DNA of 63,972 nucleotides, filler included, from Octopus bimaculoides (GCF_001194135.2; 9 parts of 9 records of this genome joined end to end with filler, not necessarily neighbours in it), one strand, 5' to 3'. Numbered from the whole stretch's first letter, positions 14,192-25,683 are shown. Translations and numbers: made by a program. The notes: generated by a model not told the origin, from the sequence alone.

Positions 14192-14751
14192 AGTGTGCAT
14201 GAGTATGAGTGAGTGTGTGTATGTCTTTATGTATGTATACACAACTGTGTGTTTGTGTCTGAGTATATGTGTGTGTGTAGGGGTGTGTATGTACGTGTGC
14301 ATGCCCACGCACTCATGTAGTTGTGTTTGGCTTGTTACTGAGATGAAGAACAAATGTTTGAAACAAATTGTAACACCTTGTATTCTTCAAGCCATCTAAG
14401 GTGCCTCTTTTCACATTTCTTTCGATCTAACATTTCTGCTAATATAAATGTTTATTCAAATACAAGTGTGGGTATGTATACATTTGTTTTCTTGAGGAAT
14501 CCGCCTACGCACACATATCTGTAGGGTGTCACTTTTCCTTTTTTTGATTTGCTGTTTTACTTCTTTTTCCTTCAGGTTTTTGCAAATATTTATCATAATC
14601 TAAATTCTGGCGAATTTCGGCCAAACAGAACAGCTGCGATTTTTTTCGAAAAAAGATGATTCTTATCAAAAGTACTTCCAGGCTTTGGAAAGCGATGACA
14701 AGAACATGTGGGTCCAAACGGAAACCTAAGATTATATACATTGCAACCAAT

Positions 14752-14839
<88 letters not shown>

Positions 14840-14880
14840 GAAGAAGAAGAAGAAGAAGATGATGATGATGATGAAGAAGA
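14752..14880. repeat. Compound trinucleotide array (CTA)n-(ATA)n-(AGA)n-(GAT)n
   Basis: Direct inspection. Confidence 0.95.
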
Positions 14881-14897
14881 ATACTTTTGAAATTTGG

Positions 14898-15035
14898 TAC
14901 AAGGCCAGCAAGTCTGGGGAGGGTGTTCAACTGGTACTTATTTTATCGACCCCGGAAGGAAGAATACAAAACGTGAAAACGGCCGAAATGTCGCAAAACA
15001 TTTCGCCCGGCGTGCTAACGATTCTGCCAGCTCAT
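14898..15035 (-). mobile_element. SINE family B (tRNA-derived)
   Basis: actggtacttattttatcgaccc..catttcgcccggcgtgctaacgattctgccagctc, the reverse of the 46186 copy. Confidence 0.85.
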
Positions 15036-15041
15036 TGCTTC

Positions 15042-15085
<44 letters not shown>

Positions 15086-15389
15086 AGCAGTCAGAGAGCG
15101 CAAACCACAGCCTAGGCAACACCAATGTCTTCTCAACGATTAACCGGAGATGATTTTTAAAATGAGAATATCTGAAATAAACTCGATTGCTCTCACAAAC
15201 AAGAATACTAAAAATTAACTGCATAACCTGTTAATCGCTACCTCATATGAGTGACAATTAAAAAAAAACAACAAAAAAACAGAATATTGTAAATAACGGT
15301 GGTAATGAAGCTGAAGCCCTTGATGGCAGTGTTGCATTCGGCAGACTCAGCGACACTGGTCCGGCGTCAGCCTGTCGTTATCCAGCAAA

Positions 15390-16526
15390 TGACCAACACA
15401 CATGACGCAGATGGAAAAAAAACAAGTCAATAGTCAAGGAGTGTTACTGCCTGAGCAATTCTGTAGACGAAAATGGTGCTCATATTAAGAGATATCCACA
15501 ACGTATGTATGATCAATGGAGTGAGAAGGGATTGTTTCAACTCCGGAACAAAGAGTATGTGATCAAGCTAGAGCAATAAGAAAAAAATCGTCGGTTTACA
15601 GAAGTAGAGCTTGAAGCTATCCAAAGACGGGTGTTGGAAAACAGCAGCAGAGGAAACGATGAAAATACATTTCTTACTGATGAAAGTAATCTCATATAAA
15701 AAAAAAACAGAGGTGAAATATCTAATAAATCATAGGAAAGGAACAGTGATAGCTTGTTCGATGAAAGAAATATAGATAGTTTGGAAGTGACGCGTAGATG
15801 ATCAGAATGAAGACACTGAAACTAATGGTGACATGATAGATGGGCAAAAGGCAATCTACGACAGAATGAAGGCAAGTCTACAAGAGAACCATAGCGACAT
15901 TATATGCAACCGTAAACTGGTTGATTGGTGGAAATTGTACTAAGAAACGAAAAATCTGGATGAAATTCTGAAATACATCAGAATAAAAACATCACAGAAA
16001 AAAATAATTTGATCATGGCAGCATGTATTGTTGTAACAGAAAATATGGGTGTTAAGGTCAAGAAAAAGAAATATAATCCATGGTGGAACAGAAGAATACA
16101 GGCGGGGTTAGATATGCTCTCGAAGGACATTTCTGTGTTAGACCGAAAAGAGAAGGAGAGCTTAAAAGCGAACAAAAATACAGGGCACTGAGCAAGAAAG
16201 CGCCTGAAAGTGGTAATAGAGGAACTCAAAGAGCACCTCGTTGCAAAGAAAGCAAAGATGGTAAGATACGACCAAAGAATGAATGGATACCAACAGAATA
16301 GGTTATTTAGAGTAGATCAGAAGAGATTCTACAAAGAAATAAATGGAGAGTGTAGAGAGGAAAAGTTGATACTAGATAACATTGAAAGTCAAAGGTTTTG
16401 GAGTGATATCTGGAGCAATGACAAAGAGCACAAGAAGGATGTTCAATGGTTGCAGGAACTGAAACAAACAGTAGTCTGTCTAAAACAGGCATAACTAGTC
16501 ATTTCCGTTAGGGTAGTAAAAGAAAT

Positions 16527-16566
<40 letters not shown>

Positions 16567-16740
16567 GCAACTGGAAGGCCCCGGGACTAGACGGAGTTCA
16601 AGGCTACTAGATCAAAAGATTTGGTGAATGTCATTGCCGAATAGCTGCACAACTTAGATATGGAGTAGGGTTAATCGTGTGGAGAGTAGACGAATTAAAC
16701 AGCCCAGACTGAACGACAAGGTAGTTGCTGATTAGATATG
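15390..16740 (+). mobile_element. R4/Dong-like non-LTR retrotransposon fossil (N-terminal region to start of RT)
   Basis: Frameshifted translation: VKECYCLS..DENG..RMYDQWSEKG, RVCDQARAIR, PWWNRRIQ, YQQNRLFRVDQKRFYKEING, FWSDIW, MGNWKAPGLDGVQGY*IK. These are characteristic of R4/Dong-clade ORFs. Confidence 0.8.
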
Positions 16741-16826
16741 GGTCACTCCACCAACGACGTCCTTTGTCGAACTGCTAAGTTACGGCACTTAAACACATCA
16801 ACACCCCACACACTCATATGTATATG

Positions 16827-16872
<46 letters not shown>

Positions 16873-17982
16873 NNNNNNNNNNNNNNNNNNNNNNNNNNNN
16901 NNNNNNNNNNNNNNNNNNNNNNNNNNNNNNNNNNNNNNNNNNNNNNNNNNNNNNNNNNNNNNNNNNNNNNNNNNNNNNNNNNNNNNNNNNNNNNNNNNNN
17001 NNNNNNNNNNNNNNNNNNNNNNNNNNNNNNNNNNNNNNNNNNNNNNNNNNNNNNNNNNNNNNNNNNNNNNNNNNNNNNNNNNNNNNNNNNNNNNNNNNNN
17101 NNNNNNNNNNNNNNNNNATATATATATATATATATACACACACGTCGGGATTCTTACAATTTTCTTATGATATTTGATGACGGCGGTTACAATACAGATT
17201 GGCTTTCTCATGGACTAATATATTGCCGACGTAGTTCTCTCATTATATATTTACGACTATTCGAAAAATCTGTTGCTGAAAACGCAAAAAATTATTCGAT
17301 GTATCTGAGCTACAGGTGTTATATTTCGCCTCTGTATATTAAGGACAGTAGATTCCATACAGAATGTGCTTCGTGTGTCGATTCAAGGATTTTCTTTATG
17401 AGGACACAGTAGGATACACCTCCGCAAGCAACAAACCCAATACTGATTCCTATATCATTCTTAGTTGCATTGCTTGATACTGGTGAGAAGTTCGAGCTAA
17501 GGAAATATTCTACACATAAACACACACATACAGACGAACACAAACAGAGACACACACAGGCAAAAAAAAACACACGCACACGCTCGAAAGTATGTCTGCG
17601 GACACACATATATACATTCGTTTACCTGCGCATATATGTATATTATAATAAAAACACTTTTACATTATATTGAGATTACGAATACATTTGCTAGTCTACA
17701 AATTTATTATTATTTAACAAGCGTAGTATTGCTAGTGACTTCGAAGTTAATATTCTTTTTAAAGAACTATAGACGTATATATGGCATTCCTAGCATAGAT
17801 CTTTCCATAGCCCTTTACGTCTTAGCGAATCGATGTTCTTTCCCCTATATAGAAGCCCAAATCTCACATACATTCATACATATAACACGAAGAGAAGATA
17901 AACAAATGATGTTTATTATGTTGACATACCAATGTGTGCACGCATATACATTTCTGTTGTGTGTATGTATGTATGTATATGT

Positions 17983-18368
17983 GGAGGCGAAATGGCTCAG
18001 TGGTTAGGGCAGCGGACTCGCTGTCATAGGATCGTGGTTTCAATTCCCACACCCGGGCTTTGTGAGTGTTTATTGAGCGAAAACACCTAAAGCTCCACGA
18101 GGCTCCGGCAGGGGATAGTGGCGAACCCTGCTGTACTCTTCCACCACAACTTTCTCTCACTCTTTTTTCCTGTTTCTGTTGTGCCTGTAATTCAAAGGGT
18201 CAGCCTTGTCACACTGTATCACGCTAAATATACCCGAGAACTACGTTAAGGGTACCAGTGTCTGTGGAGTGCTCAGCCACTTGCCCGTTAATTTCACGAG
18301 CAGGCTGTTCCGTTGATCGGATCAACTGGAACCCTCGATGTCGTAAGCGACAGAGTGCCAACAACAAC
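17983..18368 (+). mobile_element. tRNA-derived SINE (family C), near full length, (AAC)n tail
   Basis: A box TGGCTCAGTGG, B-box-like GGTTTCAATTCCC, unique body and short tail; CpGs retained. Confidence 0.8.
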
Positions 18369-18409
18369 ATGTATGCATATATATATATATATGACGGGCT
18401 TCTTTGAAT

Positions 18410-18444
<35 letters not shown>

Positions 18445-18479
18445 GTGTGTGTGAGTGGGTGAGTGAGTGTATGTGTGTG

Positions 18480-18692
18480 TGTATGTGTATAGGTGTATGT
18501 TTGTGTGTGTCCCCAAAATCGCTTGACAACCGATGCTGGTGTGTTTACGTCCCCGTAACTTAGAGGTTCGGCGAGACCGATAGAAAAAGTGCTTAACTTA
18601 CAAAGAATAAGTTTTGGGGGTCGATTTGCTCGACTAAAGGCGGTGCTCCAGCATAGCCACATTTAAAATGACTGAAACAAGTAAAAGAATAT
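18480..18692 (+). mobile_element. SINE family A 3' half
   Basis: cgcttgacaaccgatgctggtgtgtttacgtccccgtaacttag..gactgaaacaagtaaaaga, as in the 56240 copy. Confidence 0.9.
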
Positions 18693-19059
18693 ACACACAC
18701 ATATATATATATATATAAATTCTATAATTGTGATTTTTTCCTCTAAATTATGTATTTATATATTGTAATTTTAATTTTGATAAATTAAGTTGAATTGAAA
18801 TTTTCCCAGTAAATTTGGATTTGTATCCCTATTATTATTATTATTATTATATATATACGTATACACAACGAGCTTTGCGTCTACTACATTTACTCACAAG
18901 AAACCCAAAGAAACCCAAAGAAACCCAAAATGCAGTTCAGTGGAGTTGAACCCCAAATCATTCGGTTGCAAAGGGAGTTTCTTAACCACTAAGCCGTGCC
19001 TGGGCCGGCGACAAACATAAACCAAAAGCAAAATATCAAGTTAAATTTAAACGCTGTAT

Positions 19060-19420
19060 ACAAAATATTTATAGAGAACAACGTACACGATTACAGTGAA
19101 GAAGACGTAACTAATAATGACATGCAGAAATGAATGAGAAAATTAGAAAAGAGATTCGCAAGAAGAAGTCCAAATAATACTGAAAGCTGAACTCAAGCTA
19201 AAAATATTATACCATTATACACACAAGCTATCCTGGTTATAAACTACACTTACAATATAATACTTCGGAAGATAAGTGAAGAAGACAAGTAGAAAAATAC
19301 TCCCTGCATTCCAAAGGTTCCATCTTAAAACTGATATGTATAGGTTATATCTATGGGGAGGTAGGTCGACTAATTCAAATATGAAGGCCTATTGTGTAGT
19401 AACTGCAGTATTCTAAAAAT
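19060..19420 (+). mobile_element. Highly decayed R4/Dong-like RT C-terminal remnant
   Basis: Patchy motifs EKIRKE..K.ILKAEL, QAILVINY, DMYRLYL..GGR resemble the R4 pattern KV.EY.RR..L.S.LN / PV..YS / D..RLY.PR..GGRGL. Confidence 0.5.
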
Positions 19421-19686
19421 ACTCAGTTGGATACAAAGGCATGCATTTAGGTAATTGTATGAAACATTGAAAGGCATTGTTTTTTCTCTTTATATAAAAA
19501 AAAAGAAAATGTAAAATGTATAAGATAATTACAGTGAGCGTAGAAGTATTTAAATAATGAAACAACCGAAAAAGTAAAGAAAGACATGTTATATAGTCAA
19601 AGGAGATATCTTGATAATACTAAAGGGGATATAGAGAAAAGGCTCTTTGAAAGGTCATCATGGAGAAGGATTATGAGATATATATG

Positions 19687-19724
<38 letters not shown>

Positions 19725-21146
19725 AAAAATGGAACAAGAACGTAATAATAAAATATCTGGACAGTTAGACGATACAAAAAAGGAGAGGAAAAAACAAGGA
19801 CGGGTCATTCGGCGTTTTCTATCTTCAGTCGAGTTCCAGATTTTCTCAGCAGTTTTGGTCGGTTACACTCGGGACTGCTCCAATCTGGCCAGCCTCAAGA
19901 AAATCTAAGCTAAGAGCACTAGATTCCTTGGAATAAAGCAAGCGAATATATATGCTTACATATATACATATATATAAATTTGTGTATGTATATGTATATA
20001 CGTGTATATATATGCATGTATATATATTAATATATATATACATGAATATGTACATACATGCATATGTGTGTGGAGTGAGAGAGAGAGCGAGAGAGAGAGA
20101 GAGAAGGAGGGAGGGGGATAATGGGACGCTACATACATGTGTGTTTCTGATCGTATGCAGTCCTACTTCAGGGCAACAGGGATAATAGGGGCAACTGTTT
20201 TAACTCTGGCTGTTAAATGCTTCATGAGTAAATTTGGCTGACGAAAACAGAGTGAAACCCTGTCCTACATGCGCAAATATACATATATATGCACACACAC
20301 ACACATACGTATATTTATGTATATATGTAGGTAGGTAGATATGTGGGTAAGTAAGTTGATTGGTAGATTTGTAGGTAGATAGGCAGGTATTAGTATAGTT
20401 TGAACGAAGCATTCTCTGATATGTAAAAGTGTTTTAAATCATTTCTATAAACGAAAAAAATGTACGTTATAAAAATTAATAACATAGGTTGATGTTTGTA
20501 CTTTTACCTGGCATTTCCGTATTTTGGATCTAGTACACCTTCAGGTAAGGAAATACAATTTTTATACTCATCATCAGCTGTCAAACGGATATCATCATGA
20601 TCTCGAAACCTACGCAGTATTGTTCAATCTGATGGTGTCAATAGGTTTAAAAATGTGAACGCAGCTTGGAAATTAATTATAGACAAAATACAGGAGCGAA
20701 AAATTAGCGCCATATTTTCATTATTAAATGATATTGAAGTTACCTAAATAGTGAGATACAAATACAACGTTAACATATGTAGTATTCAATATAATTTACC
20801 GAATCCAAGTATTGCGATAGGAAGCACTGCATCTTGAACTAGAGGACTAGAAGGGCTTGCATATTTGAATAAGTTAGGGATGTAACCCCTCATTTATATC
20901 AATACGATTATATATTAAATATAGTGTTAACGCATAAGATATGCAAATTAGTAACAGCAGTTTTCTGGAGCTACTGTAATTATAGTGTAATGAAGCAGAT
21001 TGGCTGCCTGTTTCTTTGAGATTTGTCAAATTGATGTGGACACTCTCGATTAGAATCCAATAAGATTCGAAATAATCGATTAAGGTTGTTCAACAATTTT
21101 TTCAATCAAAGGAGAAATAGCTAATATATATATATATATATATTAG

Positions 21147-21186
<40 letters not shown>

Positions 21187-21286
21187 NNNNNNNNNNNNNN
21201 NNNNNNNNNNNNNNNNNNNNNNNNNNNNNNTTAATTAATTAANNNNNNNNNNNNNNNNNNNNNNNNNNNNNNNNNNNNNNNNNNNN
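21187..21286. other. Synthetic assembly join
   Basis: 44N-TTAATTAATTAA-44N. Confidence 0.95.
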
Positions 21287-21319
21287 GGCACATATATAGA
21301 TATGCATCATAAATGTAAT

Positions 21320-21700
21320 ACATATATACATAATGTATACATTACATACATATATATATACATTATATACATAATATATACGTATTATATACATAATATA
21401 TACATATTATATACATATATACATATATACACAGTATATACATATATATATTTACATTATATACATAATATATTTATGCACATTATATACATAATATATA
21501 TATATATACACACATTATATACATAATATATATATATATATATATATATACCTTATATACATATTATATACATACACATTATATACATAATGTATACATA
21601 CACATTATATACATAATATATATATACACATTATATACATAATATATATATATACATTATATACATAATATATACATACACATTACATACATAATGTATA
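21320..21700. repeat. AT-rich minisatellite, core CATTATATACATAATATATA
   Basis: More than 10 degenerate repeats of the core visible. Confidence 0.85.
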
Positions 21701-22019
21701 TATATTTGTTGTATATGTCTCCATATATGAGATGGGCCATTGCATGTTCCTGTATCTCTATTTATGTTTACAGTAATAGATTTAGTGTTGTTTATATTGT
21801 GTTAAAGATCAATAAAATAAGTACCAGGCTGAAATAAGTACTGGTGTCGAAATGATCGACAACCACTTTGAAGGTGGAGCCCCTGCATGGTCACTGTTCA
21901 ATGACTGAAAAGAATAAAAGAATAAAAGAAGGCATAAATACATAAGTATACATAAATACAAGCATTCATAATTATACATACATACAAATATGTGCATACA
22001 TACGCATACATACATACAC

Positions 22020-22068
<49 letters not shown>

Positions 22069-22378
22069 NNNNNNNNNNNNNNNNNNNNNNNNNNNNNNNN
22101 NNNNNNNNNNNNNNNNNNNNNNNNNNNNNNNNNNNNNNNNNNNNNNNNNNNNNNNNNNNNNNNNNNNNNNNNNNNNNNNNNNNNNNNNNNNNNNNNNNNN
22201 NNNNNNNNNNNNNNNNNNNNNNNNNNNNNNNNNNNNNNNNNNNNNNNNNNNNNNNNNNNNNNNNNNNNNNNNNNNNNNNNNNNNNNNNNNNNNNNNNNNN
22301 NNNNNNNNNNNNNNNNNNNNNNNNNNNNNNNNNNNNNNNNNNNNNNNNNNNNNNNNNNNNNNNNNNNNNNNNNNNNNN

Positions 22379-22411
<33 letters not shown>

Positions 22412-22414
22412 TAT

Positions 22415-22725
22415 TACAATTCTATATTTGAGAGATGAGGAATTATGTACATTATTTACATTTGAGGGATATTTGTCCTTATCTTGTTTGTTGTTAATAC
22501 AGTGTTTCGGCTGATGTACTCTCCAGCCTTCATGAGGTGTCCTGAGGAATTTCGAACCCGGCTTCTCTTTCCTAAGGTATTTTTCCAATATTATTATTAT
22601 TATTATTATTACTATTATTATTATTATTATTATCATTATTATTATTATTATTATTCAGGTTACTGTCTGGAATTTGGAACCTTGAGGTTAGTAGCCAGTG
22701 TTCTTAACCACTAGATCATATGCCT
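22415..22725 (-). mobile_element. Composite tRNA-head SINE with (AAT)n and hammerhead-bearing tail, copy 1
   Basis: Reverse complement reads ggcatatgatctagtggttaag (A box)..(AAT)n..gaaaaataccttagg..gacacCTCATGAaggctg-gagagtacat-cagccGAAAC..aacaacaaacaagat; homologous to 22757-23010. Confidence 0.8.
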
Positions 22726-22756
22726 GTGCTCCTAAACACTATGCCATATACCCATG

Positions 22757-23010
22757 GGCATATGGCATAGTAGTTAAGAGCACGGGATACTAACCCTAAG
22801 ATCCTGACTTCGATTCCAGGCAGTGACCTGAATAATAATAATAATAATAATAATATTCAGAAAAATACCTTAGGAATGAGAACCCAGGTTCAAAATTCCC
22901 CCAGGACACCTGATGAAGGCTGAAGAGTACATCAGCCAAAATGTTGTGTTGACAAGATACAAGATGAGGAAAAATATCCATCAAATGTAAATAATGTAAA
23001 TGACGTACAT
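22757..23010 (+). mobile_element. Composite tRNA-head SINE with (AAT)n and hammerhead-bearing tail, copy 2
   Basis: A box TGGCATAGTAG, B box GACTTCGATTCC, (AAT)n, then the same tail as copy 1. Confidence 0.8.
22905..22950 (+). ncRNA. Minimal type I hammerhead ribozyme motif (decayed copy)
   Basis: GACAC-CTGATGA-A-GGCTG[aagagtacat]CAGCC-aaaat-GTT-GTGTT. Helix I is GACAC/GTGTT and helix II is GGCTG/CAGCC. The expected GAAAC appears as AAAAT (two CpG-type transitions) and is intact in the minus copy at 22504-22508. Confidence 0.7.
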
Positions 23011-23209
23011 ATACATACATATATATATATTCAAGGTTGAATATGGTACTTATGCGTAGACACCCGAATATCGTATTCCAAAAGGATAGGTGATACATAT
23101 ATATATATATAGATATATAGATATACATGTATAAAAATGTATGTACATGCATGCATAAATATATATACACACACACACACACATATATACATATTTGTTA
23201 CATAGATAT

Positions 23210-23480
23210 AGGTGCAAGTACGGCTCTGTGGTAAGAAGTTTGCTTCTCAACAACACGGTCTGCATGGCACTTTGGGTAAATGTCTTTAACTACAGTCTTG
23301 GGCAAACCAAAGCCTTTTGTGTTGATTTGGTAAATGGAAACTGAAAGAAGCCTGTTATATAGGTGTGTGTGTGAGTGTTTGTATGTGTGTGAGTGTTTGT
23401 ATGTGTGTGAGTGTGTGTCTTTGTTCCTACCACTGCTTGACAAATAGTGTGGGTGTGTCTACATTTTCGTAACTTAGCAC
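23210..23480 (+). mobile_element. SINE family A, CpG-decayed
   Basis: Aligns to 56240-56500 with CpG to TpG/CpA changes. Confidence 0.85.
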
Positions 23481-23619
23481 AAATGAGAAACTGTACCACT
23501 CTTCCAATAGTAGTCAGTCAAATATCAATGATATTGTTCAAGCAATCCAAGGCTGGATCATTTATGTTGTATGTGAAGATGAGAACATGAAGATCATGAT
23601 CTGAGGTAACCAAAGATAG

Positions 23620-23930
23620 ATATGGTGCTTAAGGCAATTTTTGTATCATTCTTCATACAGCAGTGAAATCTGGAAAAGTTATAGGCCAAATCTCTATAAG
23701 CTGGAAATATACTGATTCCAGATAGTTATGATGCACCAGCAAGATCGAGGAACACAGTGTCTTTATGCTGACAGTATTACTACTTGAGATCATGCTTAAT
23801 AGGTTGGCCATGCTGTGAATACTGGATCAGTGGTTGCCTGCAGAGCTGATGTACTCCTTACTAATTGAAAACATACAAGCAATGCAAAGAGGCACTTAAT
23901 TAAAATGTGAAGAAATATAGCATCATTGTG
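23620..23930 (+). mobile_element. Possible RTE-like LINE C-terminal remnant
   Basis: Weak motifs (VGH..; QWLPAELMYS) resembling RW.GHV.R...RLPK.LLYG. Confidence 0.4.
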
Positions 23931-24098
23931 TACAAGTGACAATCACTGATGAATAACCAATACAAATGGCAAGAAATCAACTAATATCAAACCCAATATT
24001 TTCACACAGCATGAAACACAACTCAATGATGAACATATAAATATCTGGTCACAACACTATGAATCCATTATTATCAAATTATCTCTCTCTCTCTCTCT

Positions 24099-24139
<41 letters not shown>

Positions 24140-24418
24140 TATATACATACACGTATATACATATATAGATAAACAGATACATATAAACAGATACATACAT
24201 TTATATGCACATTTATTTTTCTATGCTGGTATGTGTTAGACAAATATGTTATTGCGACATTGTTTTACAGATAAATGCACTTCCCATTACTAACCCTCAC
24301 CTGATTTTCAAATCATGGAGCTTTTATTTAATGCATCTTTAAAGGCACAAGATAAGCAGTTGACTTGTTAACAGGAAAATTGCCAACACTACCTGTACAT
24401 TACAATGTTCTCTTAGAA

Positions 24419-24620
24419 GCAAATAAATTGTAAACAAAGACACATAAGTCCACTCACAGGACTTTGGTGACCCACGGCCATAGGAGAAAAGTTACAAGAT
24501 GCTGAAGAGTGGATCTGGATCTGAAATCACACAGTTGGGATGTAAACTTCTTATACATGCAAGTACATTTCAGTGGACTATATCTTCTTCCAATGTCTCA
24601 TTTTCAACGTCTGTGTGTGT
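24419..24620. repeat. Left arm of a local inverted duplication (partner 25288-25492)
   Basis: About 200 bp of reverse-complement match with scattered mismatches. Confidence 0.9.
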
Positions 24621-24651
24621 ATGAGAGAGACAGAGAGAGAGAGAGAGAGTT

Positions 24652-24900
24652 TATCATCATCAGTGCCGTTTAATGTTCACTTTTTCATGTTTGCATGGGT
24701 TGAATGAAATTTGTTGGGGTGGATTTTTCCTACAGCTGACTGCCATTCATGTCACCAACCCTCACCAGTTGGCATGTAAAGTAACATTCCTGATGACTGG
24801 ACATGTTTTCAAAGAAGATGGGAATTGAAAGACAACCTTCTTGACTGATAACATTCATTTACAACCGTCACATGAAGTCAAGGTAAGGAAACAGTAACAG
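24652..24900 (-). mobile_element. RTE-type 3' end / family E repeat with (GAT)n tail
   Basis: catcatcatc..tttaatgttcact..catgtttgcatgggttg, the reverse of the 43205-43380 family. Confidence 0.65.
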
Positions 24901-25117
24901 ATGTACACATACATATATCTACACTATTTCTTATTGTTAAAGTTTGTTAAATTTGGTGACATATAGTACTTAGTTTCATCCTAGATTTCCCTCATTTGTA
25001 ACATTGATTCTTCCTGATATATCTAGACAAACATAGTTTAAAAATTCATACAGTAACATCAATCTACATTTATCATGCAGCTATATATATGATCTATTGT
25101 TGGTGACCAATGTAGTC

Positions 25118-25281
25118 GTGAGTGTGTGTGTGTCTTTGTTCCCTACCACTGCTTGACAAATGGTGCTGGTGTGTCTACATTCCCGTAACTTAGCACAAAT
25201 GAGAAACTGTACCACTCTTCCAATAGCTGAGTAGTCAGTCAAATATCAATAATATTGTTCAAGCAATCCAAGGCTGGATCA
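25118..25281 (+). repeat. Direct duplicate of 23407-23560
   Basis: Shares the SINE-to-unique junction (aacttagcacaaatgagaaactgtaccactcttccaatag..ggctggatca). Confidence 0.9.
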
Positions 25282-25287
25282 CACACA

Positions 25288-25492
25288 CACACACTCACAG
25301 ATGTTGAAAATGAGACACTTGAAGAAGACATAGTCCTCTGAAATGTATTTGTACGTATAAGAAGCTTACATCCCAACTGTGTGATTTCAGATCCAGATCC
25401 ACTCTTCAGCATCTTGTATCTTTTCTCCTATGGCCATGGGTTAACAAAGTCCTGTGAGTGGATTTATGTGTCTTTGTTTACAATTCATTTGC
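25288..25492. repeat. Right arm of inverted duplication (partner 24419-24620)
   Basis: Direct reverse-complement comparison. Confidence 0.9.
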
Positions 25493-25540
25493 CACTTTCA
25501 AATTGAGTTGAATTTCTGAAATGAGTTTACTACATTGTGT

Positions 25541-25683
25541 ATTCATTATTTACATTTGACAGATATTTGTCCTCATCTCGTTTGTTGTTAACTGGTTCTG
25601 ATGTGAACAACTAACATGAGGGCAAATATCCATCGAATATAAATAATGTACATAATTCCTCATCTCTTAAATATAGAATTGTA
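25541..25683. mobile_element. Two head-to-head 3'-tail fragments of the hammerhead SINE
   Basis: 25541-25592 (minus) and 25606-25683 (plus) match the aacaac..gatgaggacaaatatc..aaatgtaaataatgtacataattcctcatctc tail of the 22.4-23.0 kb copies. Confidence 0.8.

Noticed and set aside
17983-18060. tRNA genes at A/B-box sequences (also 22757, 48270, 56240)
   Set aside because: No complete cloverleaf or acceptor stem; each continues into a repeated SINE body.
20565-20625. Second possible hammerhead (..ggatatcatcatgatctCGAAAC)
   Set aside because: No CTGANGA in the correct position and no helix I pairing.
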